Shown one piece after another: positions 1 to 12,160 of a DNA stretch of 64,000 nt (position 1 is its first letter; each line of letters starts with the position of its first letter). The translations under genes were made by a program, and so were the position numbers. Source of the stretch: Octopus vulgaris (taxonomy: Eukaryota); assembly GCA_951406725.2 (NCBI GenBank), contig OX597814.1, forward strand, positions 52,638,001-52,702,000, given 5' to 3'. Below the pieces are notes generated by a model. The model worked only from the letters and a program-made list of their open reading frames with translations. It was not told the DNA's origin and did no database searches.

Positions 1-240
1 AATGATGATGATAGTGGTGGTGATGATTTTAGTGATGGTGATGATGGTGATAATGATGATGGTAAAGGTGGAGGTGGTGGTGATGATGATGATGATGATG
101 ATTTAGACAGATGGCAACAATGAATAATTTAAAAGTAGATCGTTAAACTTGAGAGTGATGTTCATGTTCTGATTGTTATTAATAGATTGTTAATATAATG
201 ATGGACAGACAAGCAGTAGTTAAGCCAGTTAAGAGAGAGA

Positions 241-288
<48 letters not shown>

Positions 289-320
289 GAGAGAGAGTAA
301 AAGAGAGAGAGTGAGAGAGA
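1..320. repeat. (GAT/GGT)n and (GA)n microsatellites
   Basis: Degenerate GAT/GGT triplets at 1-102 and a GA run at ~233-320. Confidence 0.95.
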
Positions 321-629
321 CATTGTGAAAATTGTTTTAGATTTGGAATATTGATTGCATTTAAGTCAGTAAAGTGGGGGAAAAAATGCTCTTATTTCCT
401 TCCATCATGACACTCAAGTGGCCTTTAGCATTAGAAACAAAACCTATTCGGAAACCAAATGCTGTTATTGATTTCCTTGTTATGGTACAAATCCTGATCC
501 ATTGTCTGGTTTAAACACTGCCCTGACTGTGAGTGTTGTCTATTTAGTCTGTTGAAAAAATTCAGACAGTAGCATGGTTAAAGAGGATGCCGGTCAGTCC
601 AACTCAAGTGGGATGGCACTTTAAATACC

Positions 630-840
630 TTATCTTTTTACGTATTTCAGTCCTTCAACTGCTACCATGCTGGGGAACCGCCTTGAAGGATTTAGTCGCA
701 CTAATCACCTCTAGTACTTATTTTTAAACCTGGTACTTATTCAATTTGGTCTCCTTTTGCTGAACCACTGACTTATGGGGACGTAAGTAAATCAACACTG
801 GTTGTCATACAGAGGTGAGGGACAAACACAAACAGAGGCT
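630..840 (-). mobile_element. SINE family A, 3' part
   Basis: Reverse complement matches the 3' half of the fuller copy at 59445-59845 (gaataagtac...cagcatgg...gactgaaa..gtaaaa). Confidence 0.8.
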
Positions 841-880
841 CACATATATACATACATACATATATATACACACATATATA

Positions 881-1097
881 TGAGGGGGTGTTAATAAGTT
901 CCTGGCCTTGGGTAAAAAGAAATACAGGAGGATCAGTTAATTATGATTTTATACAACATAATCCCCTCTCTGATTCACACATTTATTGCAGCTGTCTTTC
1001 AGTTTTTCTAAGCCCTGTAAAAGAATTCGAAAGGTTGGGCCTCTAACTAGACCTTTCACGATATCCTTAAAGCTAGGAACTTTTCAGCACTCCCTTA
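881..1097. mobile_element. Mariner-type MITE
   Basis: Imperfect TIRs TGAGGGGGTGTTAATAAGTTCCT / AGGAACTTTTCAGCACTCCCTTA flanked by TA. A partial second copy lies at ~11484-11597. The TIR resembles the mariner end at 10685-10704. Confidence 0.75.
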
Positions 1098-1275
1098 TAT
1101 ACAAACATAGATGTATGTATGTATGCATGTATGTATGTATGTATGTATGTATGTATGTATGTATGTATGTATGTATGTATGTATGCATGCATGCATGTAT
1201 GTATGTGTAGATTTGTATGTTTTGTGTATGTATTCTCATGCATATAGTTGCATATCTAGACATGCTCATATATAT

Positions 1276-1810
1276 TTAAAGGAAAAACTTCTGGAAAGTT
1301 TTACAGATTTTTTACAGTTCCAGTGATGGATTGGATCAATAATCTTCGAATTAGCTTTCTCCTTTCAGGTTTTGAGAAGCCTAATTTCTCAAGACTGGTA
1401 TTTAGGCAGTGTGTTACATATCCCAAGGCACCAATAATTTCAGGTATAAATCTGAACTTGTTATCTGGATAGAGTAACTGCAGATTTCTCAATAGTTCAG
1501 CTTAGGTATTCTCTTTTTCACTGATCTTCAGCTTTATGTTAACATCTGCTGGGCAGCTAAAATCTACAGCTGTGCACAGTTTCTCTTCTCTATCCCAAAC
1601 CATTATATCAGGTCTGTTGTGCTCACATTTTATTGAGGTCTTCACTGGTACATTCCACCAGTATTCTTTTTTATTATGAGTGGCTATGGCTTCTACCATA
1701 TTGTGGGTTCTTATTTCTTTGTCCTTGGGATTATCCTTCCGATAGATTTCATTATAGAGTGTCCTAGCTACAACGTCATGTCTCATCGGTAGATAATACC
1801 GTGATGACAT
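1276..1810 (-). mobile_element. Non-LTR retrotransposon 3' fragment with restriction-like endonuclease (R4/Dong-like)
   Basis: ORFs 1502-1810 and 1301-1492 give RHDVVA, RPDIMVWD..VDFSCP..K and FIPEIIGALG, the RHD and PD-(D/E)xK motifs of RLE-bearing LINEs. There is an in-frame stop. Confidence 0.85.
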
Positions 1811-1911
1811 GTATATATTTATGTATGTATGTATGTATGTATGTATGTATGTATGTATGTATGTGTGTATGTATGTATGTATGCATGTATGTATGTATGT
1901 ATATATGTACT

Positions 1912-2060
1912 ACAGTCTTCTTTCAGTTTCTGTCTGCCAAATCCACTCATAAGGTTTTGGTTGACTCAGGGCTATAGTGGAAGACACCTCTCCAAGGACT
2001 GAACCCAAGACAACATGGTTGGGAAGCAGGCTTCTTACACCACAGCCACACCTGCGCCTA
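1912..2060 (-). mobile_element. SINE family A, 5' part
   Basis: Reverse complement reads ggcgcaggtgtggctgtggtgtaagaag...gagtggatttggcagacagaaactgaaagaag. Confidence 0.8.
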
Positions 2061-2544
2061 TGTAGTATGATGGGGATTTAATTTTTATTTTTGTGGGGAT
2101 GATGTAGTATGATGGGGATTTAATTTTTATTTTTGTGACAAACTTGAAAACTGGTCTGGGTGGCACAAGCTTTAGCTGCACCACTATATTTAAACCAGGC
2201 TTCTGGCCTGAAGATTTCCTTTGAATCATGGTTTATTTCTTCCGCTTTCCTTCATCAATCTCGTAGATCCTGCAAAAAGATCATCAGTGATATTCGTACC
2301 TTTCTTCCACTGGCGAGTTTTTGTGTTATTCCGAAGGATGGAAGGGCAAAGCCTACCATGGCGGAATTTGAACTCAGTATACTGTAAGGGGTTTAGAATG
2401 ACACTCTACCATTTCTATTATTACATCACATTTCAAATATAGACGTTACAGAGTAAGAGCACAATAAGTTGAACTGTTCTCGGTAGATGACTGCTGCTAC
2501 TTATTTTAGATTGTATGTCAGTGTTGACATTGAGAAATCATCTG

Positions 2545-3405
2545 GGATCTTTTCTGTATGGTGGCCACTTTTCAATTTTTAAAGTTTCTGTTCCAATTGA
2601 TTTCATATTTGGTTTAATGATGTAGTTTTGTAGGTTAATCATTGGCATGAAATTCATTTACATCATAAATCAATAAATAAAGAGTTAATAACTTTTAAAG
2701 TTTGCAAATTTTGAGTAATTTTAGCCAATCATAAACCAGACATAGTCATGCCTGTTTCCATATAACAAGCTCTTTTGTCTGTGAGAAAGCACATATGTTG
2801 ACATGTTGTACTAATCTTCTAAATTTGTGCTGTAAGTTTGCTATTTTGAAAAATATTAATTTGTAATGTGCTGTTTATCACATTAATTGCATATTTAATG
2901 CTTAAAGGTGCAAAATAAGTGTTGTTTACACGGTTTTTTGGTCTTTAAGGTGGTCATGTGATGTGCTAAAAATTACAGCTAAATAGACTTTAAATCACAC
3001 ACCCCAAGTTGTTTTTCTGTTGTTTTTTTTCTTGCATAATCGTATGAATTCCTGTGTATAGAATACAAATCCACAAAACTTTTCTGATAACTCAAAAAAA
3101 AACAGAAAAAGTTATGAGGAGTTATATGTCATGCGTAAAGCAGAATTTTATTTGTTTACAGTTTCATATTTGTAGAATGTTGACAAATCATGCAGTTACA
3201 CACAAAATAACAGTTTCCAAATCCTGTTTTCCGACTGGGTAAAAACAATCAAACTTTAAACCTCTATTACTTTGGTAAAACTTTTTCTGGAAAAAGTGAA
3301 ATACCTATTGAAATTCAGCATGGAAAATTACATCAATACACCAAATTTTAAAATTTTCATCAAACTTCTGAAATTTTCACATGTGCAACCAAATAGAAAA
3401 TATCC
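2545..3405. mobile_element. Non-autonomous DNA transposon, Merlin-like termini
   Basis: Ends GGATCTTTTCTGTATGGTGGC / GCAACCAAATAGAAAATATCC. Flanks ATCATCTG (2537-2544) and ATCAGCTG (3406-3413) form a 7/8 TSD. Confidence 0.65.
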
Positions 3406-3909
3406 ATCAGCTGAGCTAACAATTCCAACTTGGGAAATTAACAAGTTAAAAAGGCTGAATATTCTTCAGACACATGATTCTTAGTTCAGATCAGTGTTAG
3501 ACAACGTAACAAAAGTGGACCTTTCACAAGAGTGTAGCCAGGCTATCGATCAAGGAGGTTCTTAAATATTAAGATGGAATCTCCATTAGTCATCAAGTTG
3601 GTGAAAAACGTTAAGATTGAGATATCAAGGGTGCTTGAAAAACGAGTACAATCCAGAGATGGAAAAAAATTAAGCCTACCGCTGGATTGGTACTTTATTT
3701 ATCAGTCCCAAAAGATAAAGTCGATTCGGTATGATTTGAATCCAGACTAGCAAACTGGAATGAGTACCATAACGAATTCTAATTGATGCTGTAATGATGA
3801 GCTAATTTGCAACGTTGGTGCTTATTTTCTTATTTAATGTTAACTTAACCAGGAAAAATGCATGAACATTGCAATGTTTCATTTCATTAATATTACTAAA
3901 CTTCAAATG

Positions 3910-4985
3910 AACTGCAGTATACAATCCATGGTAGCACAACCAGGCCAGGGATTTCTGGAATGTTCTTCTGAACAGGTTGACAAGCTGTTCTTCATTGAAG
4001 CCTAGAGTCTCCTGCAGGATGTCATTGGACATGTGCTCTACCAACCCACTATAAAAATTCACAGTGGTAGCCTCGCTGCTAGTATTGCTTGCTCGGGAGA
4101 AGAGAGTGAGTACTTGTCTGCACTCCCTCTGCCATTCGCTCATTTTTGGTCTCTGCGTGATCCATGTGCCTACATCCCAAGGGATGTCAATTATAGCAGG
4201 AAGAACTTGACATGCGGTGACCATACCCGTTCACCATCCAGGTAGAGCACATCATCAGCCAAGGCATCCCTAACCCACCCTTTAACGGTTTCTGGCATCA
4301 GATGGAGCGCCTCACAATTGGTGGTTTCCATTCCACAAAAAGCGGAAAAGGATCCGTTCCAGCTTGGTCAGTCACACCCCAGGGCAAGGCACAACTGTTA
4401 GGTGGTAGGTTATCACAGATGCTATAAACACCTGTGCAACCTTGACCCTCCCTAGTAAGGCCATAACCCAGTCACCTTGCCTGTGACCTCGCTCCAGTTT
4501 TTTTCCATCTTGAGATCTGGTCCAAACCAGGCCCCAAGCAATTTAACCGGGCCCTCCATCCAACATCCCATGATGCTGTTGGGAGGCACTGACTTGCTTC
4601 TCCAGGTGCCAAGTTGCAAGCCAATTGATTTTTCTTGGTTAATTTTTGCTCCTGCCACCGCTTCGTATCCTTTGATGGCGTCTTCTACACGAGGTAGCTG
4701 CCCTTCATCAGACACGATGATGGTGACATCATCCGCATATGCCGTCGCTCTCCTACTGTAACATAGATCACGTGGGTCTCCCCACCGTGGCCTCCAGCCC
4801 CCTCAGCAATAGTTTAAGGGTCAACACATACAGAAGTGGGGACAGGGGGCAGCCCTGGCAAATTGAACGTTCAATCACGAACGGCTTCAAGAAGAAACCA
4901 TTCACCCGGATGATTGAATCGATGTCGCTATACATAGCATTGATCCATCCACAGACAGTTGGGACCAGTCCGACTGCCCAGACTA
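3910..4985 (-). mobile_element. LINE reverse transcriptase fragment (L1/Tx1-like), decayed
   Basis: SICQGCPLSPLLYVL, AYADDVTIIV and AKINQEKS motifs lie across frameshifted ORFs 4768-5133 and 4452-4715. Confidence 0.85.
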
Positions 4986-5390
4986 ACTGACCATGGCTTA
5001 TGGAGTTCTTGTTTTTATAACTATCCAAAACTAGCCAGAAGGACAGACATATTGTTGAGAACAATAGATTTTGTTGGAGGTATGTTATCTCCATTCCAGC
5101 CCCTGGTGGTCTAGAAGAGGTTAGAAGGGTCAAGTGGCGAAGACATTATTCTGCTTAGCAAGGCATCTGGCAAATGTACCTGCTGTCACTCACAGAAAAG
5201 CTATTGTTTTACTGTGAGAAAAGTGCTGTTGAACTAACTGTTAAGTGAAATTTAGCTATCGAGGAGTGAATCCACGCCATGCCTGCATGAAGCCACTAAA
5301 AATATAAAGAGATCGAAAACATAAGTGCCAGATTGCGGAGACGCCATCATGGAAAGACTAAACCCGTCAAGGATTGAAGCAGGTAAATGA

Positions 5391-5441
<51 letters not shown>

Positions 5442-7479
5442 GCAAGTAAAAAATGTGTGCGTGTAGAGAGAGAACAGCTACCAAGTTTCTAAGCTATGAT
5501 TCGAAATCGAATCCACATTTTGCCACAAGTCATCAACCTATAGTTTTAGCCTGTAGCACTAAGAAATTAATGAAATTAAGATGACCTCTTAGACCTTTAC
5601 GAGTTATACACGAGTGAAATCTGATACAGAGAAGTCCTTTTGTTTTGACTTGACCTTGTGACACCCACCAGGAGCACACGTCTTTTTCTTCCTCCTTTTT
5701 CCATCCGTCGATGATAGGGAAGCAACATCAATATGTGTAGAACAACACTGCTTATACTCTCTAATTACCTCGATTTTCATTCTTCCTTTCTCTCTCTCCC
5801 TTTCTCTAGTTGTTACGGATGAATTTACTACCTACACAATGGACTCGAGATCTACAAATAACTCCTGTACAAGTCGACGAAGTTGTATTTTCTATATTGT
5901 AACATCATTTTCTATATTGTACCATCAGGTGCACCATTTATGGTGCAACTGAGCACTGTATACAATAATTTCATTATTATAATAATAATAATCACATAAA
6001 TAAATACCCATCTTAATAAGCAATTGATATTGTTCTTCTGCAATCATTTATACGATGCATCGATACACAGTTTTTACGTGTGTGTGTGTGCACGACGCGC
6101 GTGTATGTTCGTATGTATGTATGTTTGTATATATGTATGTGTGTATGTAAGTGTGAGTGTATGGGTGGATGGATGGTTTGGTGGGTGGGTGAGTAGACGA
6201 GTATATGAATGTGTGTGAGAATATAATTTCTCTTTATTATAACAGAAGAGTCGGTTTTGTTTAAAGCAATAAAGGATCCTTTGTTACAATTTAGACAACA
6301 AATCTATTGACGTAAATGCCTTAACTACTCGTTTAGTAAGCGGATATTTTCCATCATATGATGATGGTGCTGCTGCTGCTGATGATGATGAAACGTAATC
6401 TGTTTACCAATCCAAGATTGTGTCACAGTAGCCTAACAATTGTCCAAAATGTTATGTCTCACGTTTACGAAATGATATTCAAGTTCAATGAAAAGAAAGT
6501 TTCAAATTTCTTCTTAAGGTTCGAGATTGTTAGGGATTTGGCAATAGTTAAAAATATAGCAAGTGGACATTTGCTATATGTGAGACTGCGTGTGAATGAT
6601 ATAACAATACCAGGCCAACATTTAATAGTAACCTTTATTTCACTGCACAAGTAATATCTAAGTTGCTCATGAACCATAAAGTTTTAACATTAAGTCAACA
6701 CAGTTGAGGAATTCTGTTGCATTCATAACTAGTTGATTACCAAAGCTCTGTACTAAAGCTTGCCAAGACAAAAGAGAATATACACAGTAGATTTATTTTG
6801 GCCAGTTAAATCGTCATAGCCAAGCTGAGCTGACTTGTGAAAAATGACTATTACAAAAGGCAAGAGGATGTGTGTCGTAGGTTTGCACTCTGAAAATTGG
6901 TGCTAAAACTAACCTTTATATAACCCTTGTAGGGAAAAGTTTCAGAAGGATCTATCGCGTGAAGTTTGGCGGCTGATTGGCCAAGAACTCGGACTTTCAC
7001 TTGAACAAACCGTTGTTATATTGTGACTTTTAACTTCGTTATTCGACGACTTGGTTTTTGAGTCTCGCTACAAAAGAATGTTCCATATTTTGGGACCGTA
7101 AATCTGTTACTTCCGGCTACTATTTTCCCTATAAAATGTTCGAGTTATTGTCGTTTTCCTGAGGTGTTTTTAGCAGTTCATGGCGTAATAGAGTTAATCT
7201 TATTTTATAGAACCTCAAACTCAGCACTAATCTGTTTCAGATAGATTTGCATCTGAGGTCTATAAGTAGGATACAGATCAACCATTATATGGGATATTCT
7301 GTTTACAAATTGTCACATCTTTCTGTATTTGCAGCAAATCCATAAGAAATGTTATTTCAGGACAAATACTGCAGTGACTGGTCTATCAACAGTGTCATTA
7401 AGTGTAACTTTCAGAGTATTTTAATCAAATACTGCCCCAACTGCGTATACTGTGTGTGTGCGCGCGATTGTATAGTCGA

Positions 7480-7605
7480 TGGCATGGCGGTATGGCAAGA
7501 AACTTGCTTCGAGTTCAGCCCCATTGCGTGACACCTTGGGCAAGGTCTTCTTGGGCCGACCAAAGCCTTGTGAATTAATTTCATAGACGGAAACAGAAAG
7601 AAGCC

Positions 7606-7664
<59 letters not shown>

Positions 7665-7846
7665 TGGGTGTGTTCTTGTGTTTGTTTGTGCCCCTACCAT
7701 CGTTTGACAATCGGTATTGGTGCGTTTACGTCACCATAACTTAGCGGTTCGGCAAAAGTGACCAATAGAATAAGTATCCAGATTCAAAATAAGTACCAGG
7801 GTTGATTAGTTTGACTAAAATTCCTCATGGTGGTAAAAGAATAAAA

Positions 7847-7850
<4 letters not shown>
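7480..7850 (+). mobile_element. SINE family A with internal (TA)n
   Basis: Contains ccttgggcaag...gaccaaagccttgtga...gacggaaac...ttagcggttcggcaaaa, shared with other copies. Confidence 0.8.
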
Positions 7851-7901
<51 letters not shown>

Positions 7902-7909
7902 GACATGCA

Positions 7910-9101
7910 GGAAGTAAATAGACACCTTTAATTTTCAAAATCTTTTATTTAATACGCAAAGCGAACAATTGAAATGTAATCGATAGGTAGGACTACATAC
8001 TTCGGTATTTTGTTGACATTCCCTTTGCAGTTTTTAATTCAGAAACTCATTTTGGCATTGAACTGATGAGCGTTGTGATTATCTATTGTGGAATTTCTGC
8101 CCACTTTTCACGCAACAATCGAAACAATTCATCTGCCGAGTTTTTCGTGTAGCTCTATCTAGTATGCTCCAAAGATTTTCAATTGAGTTCATGTCAGGAG
8201 ATTGGACCGGCCAAGGAAGCTTTTTGGTCCCATTTTCAGTCGTCCATTCTTGATTTCTTTCCATTAATAAAAACTCATTTTTCATTGTTATCGTGTGAAT
8301 GCATCGGAAGTAGTCCTTACTTAAGTATTTCGATGTATTTTTCAGAGTTTATGGTTCCGACTCATTCGATCAGCTCAGAACGACCATTGCTGTTGACAGC
8401 TTCCCATACCATTACAGAGATACCATCATGTTTCACAGTTGGTTGGAGTCGTTTCAAATCAAATTCTTGATTGGTAAGCCTCCAGACCCAAACATGTCCA
8501 TTGTCTGAAAATAATGCAAATCTGGATCCATCTGAGAAAATCACTCTATCCCAAAATGAACTGGATTTTTCTGACATCTCAGCCCATTTCTTTCTTTTCA
8601 TGATATTAATTGGTTGAAGGAGAGGTTTTCTTCTAGCTGCTCATCCATAACACCCAAGCTTATGCAGATATGTAACACACGTTCTTGGACTAACTTCTAG
8701 CAGTTTTGCAATGTCAGACGCCTTCGTTTTCCTCAATTCTCTTCAAACAGTGAAGCTTCCTTTCTGAAGGCCCAGGTCGGCCGGGATGAGAATCTGTTGA
8801 TTCTTTTCCTTGGTTTTTAATTTGCACTATAATTCTATAAACAGTAGCAAGAGGAATTTGAAGATTTTCGGCAATTTTTCGCTGGCTAAGATCAACTTCA
8901 GATTGTCCAACAATACGACCTCTTTGAAAATCTGACAGTTCTGCTGAATTTTTTGTACATGGCATGGTTACGTTTTGCAAATGTTTAATATAATGGCACC
9001 AAGAATGAAAAAGAATAATTACATTGTAAATTCTACACCGCTGAAAACATTAGGACGCTTAGATCAGAAATTTTGAAAATTAAAGGTGTCTATTTACTTC
9101 C
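7910..9101 (-). mobile_element. Tc1-like transposon, defective transposase
   Basis: 32-bp perfect IR GGAAGTAAATAGACACCTTTAATTTTCAAAAT (7910-7941 / 9070-9101). ORF pieces give [12 protein letters not shown] (HTH), VIFSDGSRF and WPVQSPDMNSIENLW. Confidence 0.93.
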
Positions 9102-9146
9102 GTTGGCGATTTTTTTCTCCGTCTTCCCTTCTTTGGACTTTTTCTA

Positions 9147-9183
9147 TATTTCTGATGAAGAGCTCCGCTCGAAACGTGAAATA
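9147..9183 (+). ncRNA. Minimal type I hammerhead-like motif (Penelope-like remnant), probably inactive
   Basis: TATTT-CTGATGA-A-GAGC-TCC-GCTC-GAAAC-GTG-AAATA. The triplet is GUG rather than GUH. Confidence 0.5.
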
Positions 9184-9187
9184 CTCT

Positions 9188-9991
9188 TTCAATTGATTCT
9201 GATGAAACTTGACACACACATAGCCCAATGTCATAATTCAAAACTAACGCAGCGAAAATTTTGAAAAGTTCCCCCAGTTCTGAAAAAAATTGATAAATTC
9301 GACATGGGGTCGAGAATCTAAGCTTATCATATGCAACACATTTTCCGTTGTAGTTTTCGCAACTTGCAATCGATTTTCACCAAACTCATGGTGAAGCTTA
9401 ATGTTACCCTAAGGAACTTAATTCTGTCGTTAGTTTTCCATGCAATACCTTACCATCAGAAAAAATCGATAAAATCATGACATTTTGGGAAATCGCATTC
9501 AAATTCAAGATGACATATTTTCGACAATATCTTTAACAAATTGGCAGGAATTTTTTTTGAAATTCACAGCGAGCATCATGTCTGCTCCAAGGAGCTATAT
9601 GGCCCTTTTGATTCCAATAGGATACGTTATCACTGGAAAAAATCGGTTAATTACATCATATGTGGCACACATAGCAAACCGATTTTTCTGCGATATTTTA
9701 TGAAAGTTCACATAGATTTTCCCTACACCGATGTTGGACATCAAGTTTGCATTAAATGTCAAGCTAACGACCTTTTGTCAATGCAGTTAACAAAACCAGA
9801 AAATGCACTTTGACTGTCATAGATTTTCTTCATGCATGCAAGGGAATGGTGCCTTGACTGCCTTAATGCCTTTTAGGCTTCATTTTACAAAATAACGGTT
9901 CAATGAGTACAAAAAAGGGTAAAAAGGTAAAGGGCATTGCTTATCGACAAAGTTTCTTACATACTCGGGCAACGCCGGGCTATGCTGCTAG
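9188..9991 (+). mobile_element. Non-autonomous Helitron (5' end lost)
   Basis: 3' hairpin CTCGGGCAACGCCGGG followed by CTAG|T. Segment 9188-9318 is nearly identical to the reverse complement of ~29943-30072. Confidence 0.75.
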
Positions 9992-9992
9992 T

Positions 9993-10704
9993 ATTATTTT
10001 ATTTGCATAGTTTCACATGTTCACACTTTTATCGCCTCCTTCAAGTTATTCTGCATTTGAAGCAATGCATCGGTCGAGGCACGTTTCCCACTGTTCAAAG
10101 CAGAGCTGGAACTCTTGTGAGGTGATGCCGTTTTTACGCCTCCGTCATTTTTTATTCACTTCTTTCACATCAGCAAATACGTTTTCCTTTAAGTACTTTT
10201 TTCATTTGGGGGAATAAAAAAAAAAAAAACAGTTGCAGAGAGCAAGATCGGGATTATGCCACTTTTGGTCAAAAACTTCCGTGAGCAAGTGAGGAACAAA
10301 TTTTGTCGCAACTCTTTTCAATCGCAATTCTTCGCTTAAAATTCTTTGGCAAGCGCTCCAGGACACACCAGTCATATCAACAAGTTTGTCAATTGTTCGG
10401 CGACAGCTCCCCAAGATCAATTCGTGAATTTTCGTGACGCTTTCATTTGTTCGAGAGGTCAACGGTCGCTCTGAATAAGGCTGGTCTTCAAGCGACAAGT
10501 GACCATTCCTAAAGCGAGAAAAACCACTTGTAAACTCGTGTTTTGCTGATGGCAGCGGCCTTGTAAGCTGTTTGAAGCATAACAACTGTTCCGGCCACCG
10601 TTTTCCCTAGCAGAAAACAGAATTTCATGGAAGTGGTTTCAAGCGGCGGAAATCTGAACTACATCCTCAGAGAACGTTTCCACTAACTTTTTGGTACCCC
10701 CTCG
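9993..10704 (-). mobile_element. Mariner transposon, internally deleted
   Basis: ORF 10202-10585 gives FSRFRNG..SLEDQP..RP, KFVPHLLT (WVPHEL equivalent) and PDLALCN. One TIR AACTTTTTGGTACCCCCTCG|TA is present. Confidence 0.88.
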
Positions 10705-11450
10705 TATATATGTGTGCCTGCGCGCACGCATGTATTTATAAATGTGTGCATGTATATACATATGTATATTATATATTGTAGGTATTTGTATATGACTATG
10801 CATTTCTATATATATATTTACTCACACACAAATAAACACACATTCTATGCACGTACATATTTGCATATGTAAATCATCTTGCCCATAAATGTGTTCTGCT
10901 GTGTTTAGCTTGTCTATGTGTATCGTCTACTGAAAATAAGGTTGGACAATTGCCACACCGATGACACCTATTCAAGCAGAAACGCGTATTCAGACTAGTC
11001 GTTTTGTCTTCAGGCAATCAGATTGTGTTTTCTTGTTTTCTTTAATGGCATGTTAACTTTTGGAGAAATGTTGGTTCTTAATGTTATCTCAGTTTCTCCT
11101 TTGGAAATGGTACCAATTGGTATCAAGTGATTGGTCTATCCACACTGGAATCAGAGATTATTTCCATTAATGAAGTATGTATCTGGTAAGTTATTTAACT
11201 TACTCATTCGTTTTTGCTGTTCAAATACATGCCACTGGCTACTCCATTTTCGTTTCATCTATATCGTTAGTGGATCATATATCCAAAAATGAAGTACACT
11301 CTAAAAGTTAGAGCAGTAATGCATTTACGTGCAGTTAAATATATGTCTGGTCATAGAGTGACCAATGGTTTCGCATCCATGAAGCGCTCAGCTTTATAGG
11401 CGACTCGTCAGACTCCAATGGCTGCGGGCATATAACCGCTCTTCACACTG

Positions 11451-11485
<35 letters not shown>

Positions 11486-11679
11486 CTTTGGGTAAAAGAA
11501 AATACCGGAGGATCAATTAATTATAATTTTATTAAACATATTCCCCACCTCAGATCAACACATTTATTGTAATTGTTCTTCAGTTTTTCTAAGCCTTTTA
11601 ATTTTTCTTCAATACATTATAAATTTGAGGACGATTTTTTTTGTAAGTGTGTACAGGAGTTGAAAAATTGATTTAACCA

Positions 11680-11862
11680 TGATATTCTGTCAATCTGAAG
11701 AGCTAGCCTTCTATATCTGCATTGGTTTGTAAAATGTACAATAGTACTATGCAATTTATAGCACACATACTTGTGCTATAAATTGCATAATTCATTATAT
11801 ACTAAAATAAGCTATTTTTGCATAATGTTGGCTGCGAAACGGCTGTCACCCTATGGATATCA
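11680..11862 (+). ncRNA. Type I hammerhead-like motif with expanded stem II
   Basis: CTGAAGA (11695) then GCTAGCC...GGCTGC, GAAAC (11836), GGCT and GTC. Distal stem I is TGATATTC/GGATATCA. Proximal stem I is mismatched. Confidence 0.55.
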
Positions 11863-12106
11863 ACTGGTGAAATAAATATGTTCATCTCATACCTCCTAAC
11901 TTTCGTAATATTCTATAAATTTTCAGTGATTGGATTTACTGGATTTCAACTACATAGGACTCTACCTTACACTCCTACGTATTAGTTTACTATGTGGGGT
12001 GTAGCCGGCCCCACTAAAGGAGCCTTTTTTGTGGTTACCATTGGATTATACAAATCTATATATTGTACATTAAATGTATGCATGTATGTATGTATGTTTC
12101 TATGTA

Positions 12107-12160
<54 letters not shown>

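Noticed and set aside
986-1326. ORFs rich in YVCM/IYIY/HTHT (also at 11982, 21141, 26375, 28273, 33996, 62306 and elsewhere)
   Set aside because: These are translations of microsatellites, not proteins.
6870-7360. Possible further TIR element (also ~16480-17420)
   Set aside because: The composition is repeat-like, but I could not identify matching termini or a TSD.
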